Virus record (IMG/VR): IMGVR_UViG_3300034683_000192
Span: 1 to 64,000 of that record
Reading direction: 5' to 3' (one strand)
Source: a virus
DNA: 64,000 nt
The translations under genes and the position numbers were made by a program. Below are positions 18,028 to 27,977 of this stretch, piece after piece. Position 1 is the stretch's first letter, and every line of letters starts with the position of its first letter. The notes under the pieces were generated by a model, which worked only from the letters and a program-made list of their open reading frames with translations, had not been told where the DNA came from and did no database searches.

Positions 18028-18912
18028 ATGACCACTGAAGTGAAGCCCATCAATGGTATCATGGGTTGTGCCATCGATACCACAGAACAGTGGAATCTCC
18101 ATGGCGATCTTGTCCTGAAAGTAGGGCAACTCGGACTCGAAATAGAGACTCCCCAGGGAATGTCACTCGATGACTTCCTTGCAGCATCTACTCCATCACT
18201 GTATCCTGTTTACATGAAAATCGGTGATGGTCGACATGAGTGGGATGAACTTCCGTACTATCTTGATCAATCAGTACCGATGTCGAGTACTACTGTAAGT
18301 GGACTTATCAAGACGTCTACTCAAGAGCTCGTCGAAGCTGGTACGGACGGTACTACTGCAGTTACTCCTAGTCTTCTTCAGTATGCTAAAGTGGCCGAAG
18401 CTGCAGACCTGTCCACAGGACATGTACTCGCAGGAAAAACTACGGCGGAGGCGGTGCGGAGTGCGATAGAAGCACCAAGTCCGAACGTAGGGAAGCACAG
18501 TTCAGTACAGATAACACACGCCACGGGGCAGCCCCTAGCAAACAATGTAGCAGCCACAGTACTTACGACCTCAACGGCTACTGGCCCTCTTAACGTTTCG
18601 CATTTGAGCGGACAAGCATGCTGGCGCATTCAGGAGTCCGGCGTATACAGATTAGAGCTAGAACTCCCTGTTTTCCCCAGCGCACCAACTGACGCCGTAC
18701 TGTCTGTCTCACGTGTGCGGTATGGGGAGGAAGTGGAACTATACTACAGCATCGATGGCATGCCTGTTGGCTCTGCGTGGGTATCGCTAAAGACAACCAG
18801 TGTGTACGAGTTCAATGCCGGAGACGATGTGGTTTTTAAGGTGCGGCTAATTAATGCGACAGGGATTATCCACAGCGCTTATGGTCGGGCCACAATAACA
18901 AGGCTGCGCTAG
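18028..18912 (+). CDS. Tail fibre / receptor-binding protein with Mtd-like N-terminal anchor and C1q/BclA-like C-terminal head
   Basis: N-terminal GQLGLEIET...KIGDGRHEWDELPY; C-terminal jelly-roll pattern IQESGVYRL...EFNAGDDVVFKV. Confidence 0.7.
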   Translation: MTTEVKPINGIMGCAIDTTEQWNLHGDLVLKVGQLGLEIETPQGMSLDDFLAASTPSLYPVYMKIGDGRHEWDELPYYLDQSVPMSSTTVSGLIKTSTQELVEAGTDGTTAVTPSLLQYAKVAEAADLSTGHVLAGKTTAEAVRSAIEAPSPNVGKHSSVQITHATGQPLANNVAATVLTTSTATGPLNVSHLSGQACWRIQESGVYRLELELPVFPSAPTDAVLSVSRVRYGEEVELYYSIDGMPVGSAWVSLKTTSVYEFNAGDDVVFKVRLINATGIIHSAYGRATITRLR

Positions 18913-18924
18913 GAGGAGAACGAA

Positions 18925-19281
18925 ATGAAAAATGCAAGAATACACGAGGCTCTTTGCCTTCTTTTTCCTGCTGCCGACCCTCGCACCGCGTGGAATCTGG
19001 AACAGGGGCCACGCACCAACTTCGAGATTGCCATCACCCAGTGGAACCTTCCAGATCCGCAGCCTACGCAGTCGCAACTGGATGCTGCATACCTCCAGCT
19101 TACCAAGGCTGACCGCTGCGCCGCGATCCAGCGCGAACTCGACGCCATAGACCTGCAATCGGTGCGGCCCGTGCGGGCGAAGCTCGCTGGCACGGCGACG
19201 GCAGAGGACGAGACGCGGCTGGCGTCACTTGAGGCGCAGGCACAGACGCTGCGCGCCGAACTTGCGGGGCTGCCGCAATGA
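18925..19281 (+). CDS. XkdW-like tail-fibre accessory/assembly protein, GC-rich
   Basis: ITQWNLPDPQPTQSQLDAA motif followed by a helical tail; strong SD AGGAGG; markedly higher GC than the flanks. Confidence 0.6.
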   Translation: MKNARIHEALCLLFPAADPRTAWNLEQGPRTNFEIAITQWNLPDPQPTQSQLDAAYLQLTKADRCAAIQRELDAIDLQSVRPVRAKLAGTATAEDETRLASLEAQAQTLRAELAGLPQ

Positions 19282-19489
19282 CCGCCACGCTAACACCCAC
19301 TGCCTACACCCTGCGCTGTGGCCCCCACCACGCGAGCTACGGCGACCCGTACACCATCGCAGCGCATGTGCAGCGCATCGGCAAGGACAGGGCACACGTC
19401 AGCGGGGCGTCCACCGTGCAGTCGGCGGCGTCCATGTCCGCATGGCTGGCGAAGCGCTGCGCTGCCTGTTTGGCATTGTCATGGCCTAA
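19278..19489 (+). pseudogene. Truncated GC-rich small gene at the right edge of the foreign cassette
   Basis: ATGA overlap with the previous gene. Protein-like text is split between two frames (MTATLTPTAYTLRCGPHHASYGDPY... and ...VHVRMAGEALRCLFGI). Confidence 0.4.
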
Positions 19490-19746
19490 GCAAGAGGATG
19501 AAGCAGTCGCGTACTCGAACGATAACACAGCCACCTATCCCGATGCTTACGTCGATTGCTATTCGAAGAGGAATCACTCTTGGTGAGTTAGTATCGAGAG
19601 TTTTGGAGAACGTGCGACTTAGTACGATAATAACCGGAGACATACTCGGACAACAACAGAATTTCGAGGATCAGTTAAGGATAGCCACGACGATCGAAGA
19701 AATCGAACAGATTGATGTGGTTTATGTGTATCCGGATGTCGTATAG
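19479..19746 (+). pseudogene. 3' remnant of a tail-fibre assembly chaperone gene with an apparent +1 frameshift
   Basis: SWPKQEDEAVAYSNDNTATYP in one frame continues as MLTSIAIRRGITLGELVSRVL...GQQQNFEDQLRIATTIEEIEQI in the next frame (CCCG at 19539-19542); no 5' end. Confidence 0.55.
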
Positions 19747-19835
19747 AAAAGCATAATTCTATGCTAGCAAGTGACTCAGTTAGGTGTTCTAATTTGAGTG
19801 CACTGCAATACACCAGTACGAAAGGAGTTTCTCAA

Positions 19836-20522
19836 ATGCCGATGAATCCCGATGTGAAAATCGTCAATGCCGCTGTCGGTATGGCCACCGACACCACTGC
19901 TGGCTGGGCTGCATCCGATCCGGTGCTGCTGAACGGTATGCAGGGTATCGATACCACGACCGGCATCATCAAGGTCGGTGATGGCGTTCTGAAGTGGTCG
20001 GAACTGCCCGCGAAGATCGATGCCGTCCTGACCCAGGCCCAGAAGGCCCTGCTGGATGCCGCCGGCGCTGCTGACGGTGTGGCCCTGCTGGATGGTACCG
20101 GCAAGCTGCCCATGTCCGCTCTGCCCAGCGGTGTCGTGTCCGGCGCCATCAAGTACGTGGCCGACATCGCCGCCCGTGATGCTCTGGTCGGCGATCAGCG
20201 CAATGGTCTGATCTTCGTGCTGAACGCCACCGGAGATACCTCGGTTGCCGCTGGTTCTGCTCAGTACACCTGGAACGGCGAAGGCTGGGACAAGGTCGCT
20301 GAAGAAGAATCGATGGACATCGACTTCACCACCATGCTGGCTCCGTACCACAAGGTGTCGGATACCGTGGACGTGCTGGTCGATGGTACCACCAAGGTCG
20401 TCATGACCGCTCAGGAACGCGCCGACCTGGCCGACCTGAAGACTGACGCGATCCGTTTCTCGGATACCCTGTGGATCCAGGGTCCCTCCGCGTCGGAACT
20501 CGCTGGCTACACCGTGGTGTAA
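19836..20522 (+). CDS. Abundant fibre-like virion protein (Mtd-like N-terminal domain)
   Basis: WAASDPVLLNGMQGIDTTTGIIKVGDGVLKWSELP and GVALLDGTGKLPMSALP; SD AAGGAG; strong C-ending codon bias. Confidence 0.7.
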   Translation: MPMNPDVKIVNAAVGMATDTTAGWAASDPVLLNGMQGIDTTTGIIKVGDGVLKWSELPAKIDAVLTQAQKALLDAAGAADGVALLDGTGKLPMSALPSGVVSGAIKYVADIAARDALVGDQRNGLIFVLNATGDTSVAAGSAQYTWNGEGWDKVAEEESMDIDFTTMLAPYHKVSDTVDVLVDGTTKVVMTAQERADLADLKTDAIRFSDTLWIQGPSASELAGYTVV

Positions 20523-20556
20523 TTCCAGCGATACCGTCTACGTTCGAACGAAGCGA

Positions 20557-20580
20557 GCAGAGGTCCTTCGGGGCCTCTGC
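20557..20580 (+). terminator. UUCG-loop intrinsic terminator
   Basis: GCAGAGGTCC-TTCG-GGGCCTCTGC followed by TCCTTTT. Confidence 0.75.
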
Positions 20581-20625
20581 TCCTTTTAATGTTATGCAAT
20601 TTATTCCAAAAATAAGGAGTGTTCC

Positions 20626-21054
20626 ATGAGTTTTTTCATAAGCAGCCCTGGTACGTCAGCACGATTCTTTGATGGAGCTCCTGATACGAATGGATTGTCC
20701 ATTCTTGATCCAGGTGCAAAAGAAGTTACCAAGATCGACCTTCAGGTTTCAAACACCACCACTGGTGCGATATCTATTCAGGGTATTGCCAAAGGTGTGT
20801 GTGAGATCAATATCTACTATTCGAATTGGGCAGACCCGATCAGTGATGACCACGATTTCGCTAACTGCAACCCATACGGAATCGAAAAGGGTAAGAACAT
20901 TCTGGCATTCAAAGCTGGAGAAGCCTTCGTTCCTACTCCTAACGAAAAATTTCATAAAGTGATTTCTGTTCCTATCTGCAGATATGTCTGGATCGAAGTC
21001 GTCAATACTGATGCAGGTAAGAACCCGATCGTCATTCACGCGCTCTTCGTGTAG
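20626..21054 (+). CDS. Hypothetical beta-rich protein, probably tail-associated
   Basis: SD AAGGAG; lies in the tail-fibre operon. Confidence 0.7.
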   Translation: MSFFISSPGTSARFFDGAPDTNGLSILDPGAKEVTKIDLQVSNTTTGAISIQGIAKGVCEINIYYSNWADPISDDHDFANCNPYGIEKGKNILAFKAGEAFVPTPNEKFHKVISVPICRYVWIEVVNTDAGKNPIVIHALFV

Positions 21055-21066
21055 GAGGAAATAGTC

Positions 21067-21732
21067 ATGACTTGGGTCCTCACGAACTGGGCTTCGGATG
21101 GTGGAGGAATAGGTGATGGATCGAGTGGTGGTGGGGAAATGCGTGTACATGGAAGTGACATGCATGATGCTACTGTTCCAAAGATCATACATCCCAATCT
21201 TCTCTACAACTCAACCGGTATGATGAATCTTGGTGGATGGATAAACACCACCAAAGTCATCAACTACCGAGATGAATTCATCATCGATGATTTTTCCTAT
21301 TTCCTTCTGACTGGGAACACTGAAGGGTCCGGATTCTCATGTCAATCACTTCCTCTGAAGGAAGGAGTTGTACATACGTTCAGCGGAACTTTCGTATCGG
21401 AGGATATTCTCAGAATCTCCATGTTTTTCCAAGATCAAACTGGAGTCAACGATTTCTCAAAAACTATCGGTTCTGTAATACTTTTTGAACAAAATTTCCC
21501 AAACGGAACCGCACGTGTAGAGGCATCCTTCACACCCCCAGTTGGGACGTACGCAGGATATCTTTGCATCGAATATCTGGCAACAGATGAAGCACATACT
21601 GCTACTCTGTCTCGGATGAAAATCGAAGAGAGCGCTACTGCTACCGACTGGGTACCATGTCTGACTGATCCTTATCAGAACAACATCGTGATTCAGCCGC
21701 TCAATGCAGCAGCTCTATTGAAAGGAATCTAA
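21067..21732 (+). CDS. Tail-associated protein with carbohydrate-binding-module-like domain
   Basis: PNLLYNST...KIEESATATDWVP resembles NLL...KxExGxxATxW CBM-like tail domains; SD AGGAGG. Confidence 0.55.
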   Translation: MTWVLTNWASDGGGIGDGSSGGGEMRVHGSDMHDATVPKIIHPNLLYNSTGMMNLGGWINTTKVINYRDEFIIDDFSYFLLTGNTEGSGFSCQSLPLKEGVVHTFSGTFVSEDILRISMFFQDQTGVNDFSKTIGSVILFEQNFPNGTARVEASFTPPVGTYAGYLCIEYLATDEAHTATLSRMKIEESATATDWVPCLTDPYQNNIVIQPLNAAALLKGI

Positions 21733-21734
21733 TC

Positions 21735-22223
21735 ATGTATATCCCGAAGTATTTCAAACTCTATGAGTTGGTAGGGCCGGAATTCTACGCTTTGGTAACA
21801 AAGCAAAAGCTTGAGCAGAAAGCTTTTGGGATTTTCGATACCTATCTTCTCATTACTGCAGATCTCTTGCGTGAAAGATATGGTACCGCCACCATCAACA
21901 ACTGGTTCAATGGTGGTAGTCTTAAAGAACGCGGTCTCAGAGAAATGAATACTGGTACTGGAGCAGTATTGAGTGCGCATAAGTTCGCACGTGCATTTGA
22001 CATGAACTTCAAAAATGCGACAGCAGAAGAAGTTCGTGAAGATATGCGAAAAGGTGGATGTTTCAAACCAGGATTCAGATTCGATCCCACTAAGGGATTT
22101 GAATGTTTCAAGAATATTCACCGAGTGGAATCCACCATGGATGGCAAACCAATTTCGTGGTTTCATATGGACAGATTCAATCACTACAACGAAGACGGAT
22201 CGATCGTGCAGCTGCATGTATAG
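21735..22223 (+). CDS. Endolysin, peptidase M15 family (Zn-dependent)
   Basis: YFKLYELV N-terminus, RGLR, SAHKFARAFD (H-x6-D) and WFHMD zinc ligands. Confidence 0.75.
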   Translation: MYIPKYFKLYELVGPEFYALVTKQKLEQKAFGIFDTYLLITADLLRERYGTATINNWFNGGSLKERGLREMNTGTGAVLSAHKFARAFDMNFKNATAEEVREDMRKGGCFKPGFRFDPTKGFECFKNIHRVESTMDGKPISWFHMDRFNHYNEDGSIVQLHV

Positions 22224-22323
22224 CCTGGATGGTGTCTACCCGAAAGGGTAGCACCTCCAAAAAAGTTATTATAAATGAAAAATAGTATGTCTACGAGTAG
22301 TAAATTCACACTACGAGGTCAAC

Positions 22324-22941
22324 ATGGATCCAATAATTACCCCATTAGTGGGAATTTTGGCTGCAAAAGGATTCGGGTTTTTGAAAGATCTCATCGTTGG
22401 AGCTACCGATGAAGGGATATCGAAAACCAAAGAATTCATCGAAACGAAGACTGGTATTCCTCTTGTTGATGGGGCCGGTCAATCCACAGTAGAGACTCTT
22501 ACGGACGAACAACTCAAGAAGATCGCAGAAACAATTGAAGATAATCATCTTGAACTCGAACAGCTTCTTGTTCGAAAGATGGAGATTATTGCTGGGGATG
22601 CATCAGATGCACGTGATATGCAACGAGATGCATTGACAACCGCAAAAGAAGTAACGAAGACAGGGAACGCGTACGCTATTCGTCAAGCGTGGTTTTCTGC
22701 CAACTTCATTTACTTTTACGCACTGATCATCACTCTTCTCAGTTATGTATTTGAATCATTAGTTTTGTTTGTCGAATTTCCGGCAGACAAGAGTCAATAC
22801 CTCAACCAAATAATCAGTACCAACAGCAACGTAAAGCTGATCTTGGTAGGGTTTTTCTTCGGTGGTGCAGTTACTACCGCAGTGAATGCATATACACAGA
22901 AACGCAGAGCGTCAGATTCTCGAGATGATCAGACTAACTGA
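22324..22941 (+). CDS. Putative holin (3TM-holin-like)
   Basis: DASDARDMQRDAL motif and hydrophobic segments; directly downstream of the endolysin. Confidence 0.6.
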   Translation: MDPIITPLVGILAAKGFGFLKDLIVGATDEGISKTKEFIETKTGIPLVDGAGQSTVETLTDEQLKKIAETIEDNHLELEQLLVRKMEIIAGDASDARDMQRDALTTAKEVTKTGNAYAIRQAWFSANFIYFYALIITLLSYVFESLVLFVEFPADKSQYLNQIISTNSNVKLILVGFFFGGAVTTAVNAYTQKRRASDSRDDQTN

Positions 22942-23008
22942 TTCGGGGGGTAAACACCCATTATCTACCCGACCATGGTAGATAGACGCAATGTGCGGAG
23001 GTCCTACC

Positions 23009-23278
23009 ATGACCATGCCAACAATCCCACACGAATTGTCCGTTGAGAATCTTACACGTGTTCGCGCTATACTGGCAAACTGTATTCGTTCCGCGGAACA
23101 TCAGTTGCAATCAGTCATAGCGTTGAATACAACCTATGTCGGAATCACTGCTGCGGCAGACACACTAGCAGCCGAGATAGGACACGAGTGTAAGTATATC
23201 TTTGCGTGGACATCCGAAGTGACGGAGTCGCCTCCAGAAGAAGTTGAAAAAACGACTATCTGGTGCAAAGGGAGGTAG
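23009..23278 (+). CDS. Hypothetical protein
   Basis: SD GGAGG before ATG 23009. Confidence 0.55.
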   Translation: MTMPTIPHELSVENLTRVRAILANCIRSAEHQLQSVIALNTTYVGITAAADTLAAEIGHECKYIFAWTSEVTESPPEEVEKTTIWCKGR

Positions 23279-23335
23279 CTATGTTACTCTATTTCGTGTT
23301 GTACCCTTCCTGCACAACACAACAAGGTTTAGGTT

Positions 23336-23917
23336 ATGTCAGATAGAGCAACCGACGCAAATTCACTAGTGATTGGAATCGCTCGGGATTGTGCGATCTT
23401 GAGAGAACTCCAGACACGATCGGAAGCAGAACTCAAAGAACTGTCACAAAAATCCACTGCGATGAGTGCTAGCATTTCGTCTTTGCAGGACAAATTTCGT
23501 GCATATACGAATGCAGTGCGGGACATCCAGAAGTTTGCAAAAGCATTGAGTGGTAAAGTCGATACAATCGTCATGGACGTCACGGAACTTAAGTTCAAGG
23601 TGAAAGACATCGATGATGATCGTGAAGATTGTCCTGTGAAATTTTCTGCGATCACTGATCGACTTACCGCCATCACACTCACACTCAGTTCGGTCGAGAC
23701 GGCATTCACTCAATTGAAAGAACGTATGGATGCAGCCGAGAAGCTTCACACCGTAATCCAGGAAGAACTGGATAAGGTGAAAGCTAGGAATACTGCAGTC
23801 AAAGCAATAATTGCATTCACCAAATCGTCGTGGGTGGTTTTGGGTGCCCTGATCACTGCGGCAATCAGTATCTGGCAGCTGTATGTCAATTACGTGCGAC
23901 CACTGCTCCCCAAATAA
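23336..23917 (+). CDS. Coiled-coil protein with C-terminal transmembrane segment, possibly lysis-related
   Basis: Heptad-rich body ending in SWVVLGALITAAISIWQLYV. Confidence 0.7.
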   Translation: MSDRATDANSLVIGIARDCAILRELQTRSEAELKELSQKSTAMSASISSLQDKFRAYTNAVRDIQKFAKALSGKVDTIVMDVTELKFKVKDIDDDREDCPVKFSAITDRLTAITLTLSSVETAFTQLKERMDAAEKLHTVIQEELDKVKARNTAVKAIIAFTKSSWVVLGALITAAISIWQLYVNYVRPLLPK

Positions 23918-23918
23918 C

Positions 23919-23951
23919 GCGTAGGGGTATCCCGAAAGGGGTCCCCTACGC
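23919..23951. terminator. GAAA-loop stem-loop
   Basis: GCGTAGGGG...CCC-GAAA-GGG...CCCCTACGC directly after a stop codon. Confidence 0.65.
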
Positions 23952-24055
23952 CTATATGTATTTTCGTCATTTTGTCAGACTTATTGTAATCAAAAATGAT
24001 GCTTAGTGATATTACGTGATGCTCAGTGATACCCTGTGATACTGGAGGAACATTC

Positions 24056-24496
24056 GTGAAGAAAAAGAATCCTACTACCCTCTATACTGATGGAAGTTGT
24101 TATCCTGATGGAAGAGGTGGATATGCTGCTATTTCTCCAGATGGTCACGTGGTATGCGGTAATGCCGAAAATACTACCAATAACCAAATGGAGATTACCG
24201 CTGTAGCTAGAGGTCTAGCAAGTCTCGATCCTGGGCAGCACGTGGTGATTCATTCAGATAGTCAGTATGTGGTAAAAGCATTTACCGATGGATGGATGAA
24301 AAACTGGCAAAAGCGAGGCTGGAAATCTTCTTCTGGTGCACCTGTCAAAAATAGAGAACATTGGGAAGATCTCAACCAAGAAATCTCCAGACATAAGTCT
24401 GTGGAGTTCAAATGGGTGAAAGGACATAATGGAACAACCGGAAATGAAGCTGCGGATGACTTAGCAGAATGTGCTGTTCAGCAGCTTAAGAAATAG
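24056..24496 (+). CDS. rnhA: Ribonuclease HI
   Basis: YTDGSC, TTNNQME, IHSDSQY, WKSSSGAPVKN, WVKGH and GNEAADDLA; GTG start with SD GGAGG; variant motif GATATTAC at 24008-24015. Confidence 0.95.
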   Translation: MKKKNPTTLYTDGSCYPDGRGGYAAISPDGHVVCGNAENTTNNQMEITAVARGLASLDPGQHVVIHSDSQYVVKAFTDGWMKNWQKRGWKSSSGAPVKNREHWEDLNQEISRHKSVEFKWVKGHNGTTGNEAADDLAECAVQQLKK

Positions 24497-24513
24497 ATCG
24501 ATACGAATGAAGA

Positions 24514-24545
24514 TCTAGATGGAGGCCATCAGGCCTCCATCTAGA
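24514..24545. terminator. 14-bp perfect stem-loop between convergent genes
   Basis: TCTAGATGGAGGCC-atca-GGCCTCCATCTAGA. Confidence 0.7.
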
Positions 24546-24787
24546 GTTTATGTCTGCATGTTACCCAATGAGGATATAGATCTTTCCATCGATATCCCGA
24601 ATTTTTTGTTCTCTTCCTTCTATCCAATCGATCGGCGGTTCAACGATCGTTGTTTGAAGAAGGCTTTCCCAACGAGAAGAATTGTTGTTGTTTTTGGGAT
24701 CTTTTGGTGCAACTATTCTTCGACAGAGATGACCAGAGACAGATCCGTCAGGCCACCGATTCCATCCAGTTAAGCCATACTCGAATC

Positions 24788-25027
24788 TTACTGAGGATGG
24801 CCGGGTATCTCGTCTGTCGGGACTATTGCGAACATGAACCCCGTGGGGAATCTCACGCATTCGTATTCTCCTACATATTTGGTTTCTAGGTAACGAGTTT
24901 GCACTCGAGTCTCGAGAGGAATCCAATCCACCTTTTCGACTGGTCGTACACAGAGTTGCCCGGAAAGTGTACAACTTAAGCGATCGACATTCACATCGAA
25001 TACTCCGAATGCTGGGCGAAAATCCAT
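24788..25027 (-). CDS. Small hypothetical protein, possibly the 5' half of a frameshifted gene ending at 24561
   Basis: SD AAGGA then MDFRPAF; an overlapping second frame remains open to 24561. Confidence 0.4.
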   Translation of the reverse strand: MDFRPAFGVFDVNVDRLSCTLSGQLCVRPVEKVDWIPLETRVQTRYLETKYVGEYECVRFPTGFMFAIVPTDEIPGHPQ

Positions 25028-25086
25028 GAGTAAAATCCTTGATTTGTAGTGAGATGAAGGGGACCCATAGGATCCCCAATCATCGT

Positions 25087-27228
25087 CTAGCCTGGAACCA
25101 CTAGCTCTGAATAGTAATCAGATACCAATGGACATTTCTTTGCGTTACCAAGATTCAGACCAATAGATTTAAGAGCAAGCTGAGTTGGCTGCAAGTTCTT
25201 AAACACGATCGGACGCATCTTGATTATGGGAATAATTTCTTCTGGAACAGTCGTCAAACTGTTTGCGAGGGGGATTCTCCCGATCTTCTTTTTCTTTGGT
25301 AATGCATCCATGTATTTCACGAGCTTATCGTGAATGGATGGATTTTTCATGTTAAGCCAATTGAGATATTGAGGATCACGAAATGCTTTCTCATTGATGG
25401 GAATGATAGGAACCTTCGTGGGAATGTTAATGTCGCCATACTTCTCAGCAAATACAGCTTGCCAGAGTTCGTAGTTTACATAGACTGACGATTCTGGTTT
25501 CTTGTACTCTTCTTTAGCACGAATTGCTATGTTCGGGAAATATGTGAATTCACCACTTTTCAGTGATTTGAAAATCGCTTGTTCGTAATCGAATGTATCG
25601 ATGATAAAATCAGTGAGTCTTATCTCACAATTTTCCATCATATCTTTTTGAATGTTCGCAATGATCTTTTTTGTAAAGTCGTGGGTGATTTTTGGAAGGT
25701 TGGATGACATGAATGCCACACCCTTGATGTCTGTCTCAGGGGTAGGCAATACGTTACCTTCCTGAATCGTAATGTTCCCTGCGTAATGTTTACCTATACC
25801 TGTTTTGATGAGAACAGGATAGAAATATTCGTTCTTCATCTCAATCATTTCAATGTTATCTCCAGTTGCGCCACGAGAGATAGACATATGTCTGATGAGC
25901 GATGCTATTGATTTGGTCAGCAGGTACACAATCAGTGCATTGCTGTTATACGTATCCTGACAAAATGAATACTTACCACCAAGATACCACGTAACTAGAT
26001 GTTTGGTGGTAAAAATGACTGAGTCAGTGTCAGAGATACCCACACACTTTCTGATGATATTTCGTTGTGAGTGGATATGACTGATGAATGTTCCGTTATG
26101 TAGAAACGTGGTGAGTAAGTCATCAATGAGCTCGAGCTTCTGCTGCATTTTCTGACCAGTGACCACGAGTAATTTTGCAAGCTGTTCGTTGGAGTCTCCG
26201 ACCTTTTTGATTTGTACACCATTGAGCATATCGGAGTGAACAGTTGCCATTACCTGCAGTAGGTCGCCATCGATCTTTCTGATGCTACCTGGATCAGCAT
26301 ACCTGATTTCTTCTTCTGTAACTTCTTTGTGAGTATTAAAGAAGTCATTCATCCACATTTTCCAGAATTCAGTATTCGTGGTAAATAGATTGTAAAGATT
26401 TCGTGAATAATAGATAAATGTTACTTCATGCTGTGGCATACCTTCGAGTATTTCAGTGAGTACTCGAAGATTCTTTTCGTGACTTGAAGTATACTGATTC
26501 AAGCTAGCACAAAGACATTCTGCTACTTCACCTGCGAATGGATTCGCTAGACTGTACTTACTAGTCAGGTGATTCATGTAGTCTTTCGATGGTGCAAATT
26601 TCTTTGTCGTGATAATGTAATTTATCGCATGTTCGCGATTAGGGAAGTAGAAATTTGAAGTAAGAAATCTCTCAGTATATGCATACGCCATGATAACGCC
26701 ATGGCGAGCCATTGATGTGACACCATTGAACGACTCAAGATCGTACATGGCATTCTTGTCATTTCCATTACTACCGATAATGGAGTTGACAAGAATCTTA
26801 CAAAGAGATTGTTTGTAGTCTTCAAGTGCCTTTTCTTGATTTCTACCTTCTGCAGCATATTGAAGCATCTGCTTCTTTGCTTTATCTCGGTTGTTGCGCA
26901 ACATATCGATAAACTGTTTATCGAATGCGACTTGTTCATCAGTGGACTTATAGATAGTTCCACCAGGGGTGATGATACGACGACTGTTTTCTTTGATGTG
27001 GGATAGAAGATCAACCTCTATGAGTTCAGAATTTCCTGGAGATGGGTGATGGATGATTTTGGCTCGTGGTCGTACGAGTTTATCTCGCATGACTCGTTTA
27101 ACGAAATCTTCCAGATCTCTTTCCGACTTTTCTGGGTAAATAGTCTTCAGATATGCAATCTGACTATCGAGATATGATCCAAGAATACTCGGACGTTCCA
27201 CACCATAGCTCATATACAGGAACCTCAT
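25087..27228 (-). CDS. Family-B DNA polymerase catalytic subunit (phiKZ gp50-like)
   Basis: Motif B QSLCKILVNSIIG, motif C ISDTDSVIF, then KHYAG and IKGV; no recognisable N-terminal exonuclease domain. Confidence 0.88.
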   Translation of the reverse strand: MRFLYMSYGVERPSILGSYLDSQIAYLKTIYPEKSERDLEDFVKRVMRDKLVRPRAKIIHHPSPGNSELIEVDLLSHIKENSRRIITPGGTIYKSTDEQVAFDKQFIDMLRNNRDKAKKQMLQYAAEGRNQEKALEDYKQSLCKILVNSIIGSNGNDKNAMYDLESFNGVTSMARHGVIMAYAYTERFLTSNFYFPNREHAINYIITTKKFAPSKDYMNHLTSKYSLANPFAGEVAECLCASLNQYTSSHEKNLRVLTEILEGMPQHEVTFIYYSRNLYNLFTTNTEFWKMWMNDFFNTHKEVTEEEIRYADPGSIRKIDGDLLQVMATVHSDMLNGVQIKKVGDSNEQLAKLLVVTGQKMQQKLELIDDLLTTFLHNGTFISHIHSQRNIIRKCVGISDTDSVIFTTKHLVTWYLGGKYSFCQDTYNSNALIVYLLTKSIASLIRHMSISRGATGDNIEMIEMKNEYFYPVLIKTGIGKHYAGNITIQEGNVLPTPETDIKGVAFMSSNLPKITHDFTKKIIANIQKDMMENCEIRLTDFIIDTFDYEQAIFKSLKSGEFTYFPNIAIRAKEEYKKPESSVYVNYELWQAVFAEKYGDINIPTKVPIIPINEKAFRDPQYLNWLNMKNPSIHDKLVKYMDALPKKKKIGRIPLANSLTTVPEEIIPIIKMRPIVFKNLQPTQLALKSIGLNLGNAKKCPLVSDYYSELVVPG

Positions 27229-27276
27229 TTTATGAGATTTTTAAACATCAACACCAGTCTATGACATGGTGATGCG

Positions 27277-27873
27277 ATGTCAACATTAACGCATAGAGGT
27301 GACCGAATGTTCAGACAACTGATGAAGCTGTCTGCAGATCCTTCGATTTCAAAGGACGCTGCAGCGATGCGTAAGGATCTTCCCATTCCTGCCGAACTCA
27401 ATATTCGTGCAGCGATGTGTGCAAGCATTCTGGTCGAATACGCAAGAAATCTTCTTGATGACGGAAAGTCTCCGTCTGATGTTCGTACGGAAATCATGAC
27501 GCTCGGTGATACGTTCAAGGATACGAACTACGTCCCGACATCTTTCGGTGATGTTCTTGGAGAACAAATGACCAAGATGTTCTCTGAGCGTGATTCTTTC
27601 CAGGATCGAGTATTCCGTCGATTCAGTGGAGTTGATCGCGCAAAATCTGGAATTTCAAAGTTTGCCGATAAATCTATCGGTAAAGCCATGGAGAAGTTCG
27701 GTCTTCAAGTTGCCGAAGAATGTATCGCGAATACTCTGCGCGAAGAAAGTGCCGATGCTCGTGGTGCGAAGTATCTCGTTGCGACCTATTCTGACTACTT
27801 CCACGAAGCAGTTCAGAAGATGAAGAACTCTGGAATTCTTCCTGAAGATTTTGTCAGAAAAGTTACCCTGTAA
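27277..27873 (+). CDS. Hypothetical protein
   Basis: 198-aa ORF with phage-like codon usage; may start at 27307. Confidence 0.75.
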   Translation: MSTLTHRGDRMFRQLMKLSADPSISKDAAAMRKDLPIPAELNIRAAMCASILVEYARNLLDDGKSPSDVRTEIMTLGDTFKDTNYVPTSFGDVLGEQMTKMFSERDSFQDRVFRRFSGVDRAKSGISKFADKSIGKAMEKFGLQVAEECIANTLREESADARGAKYLVATYSDYFHEAVQKMKNSGILPEDFVRKVTL

Positions 27874-27977
27874 AGGGTCAAAAGTACACGCTGGGAATTC
27901 CCAGCGTGTACTAATGTACTATGTATCGGTATTTCATGTTGGGATGATGAAATTCACACTCGTTAAAGGAGTTATCT

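Noticed and set aside
18380-19500. Invertase/shufflon or DGR mechanism for tail-fibre variation
   Set aside because: No flanking inverted or direct repeats, template/variable repeat pair, recombinase or reverse transcriptase seen in the window.
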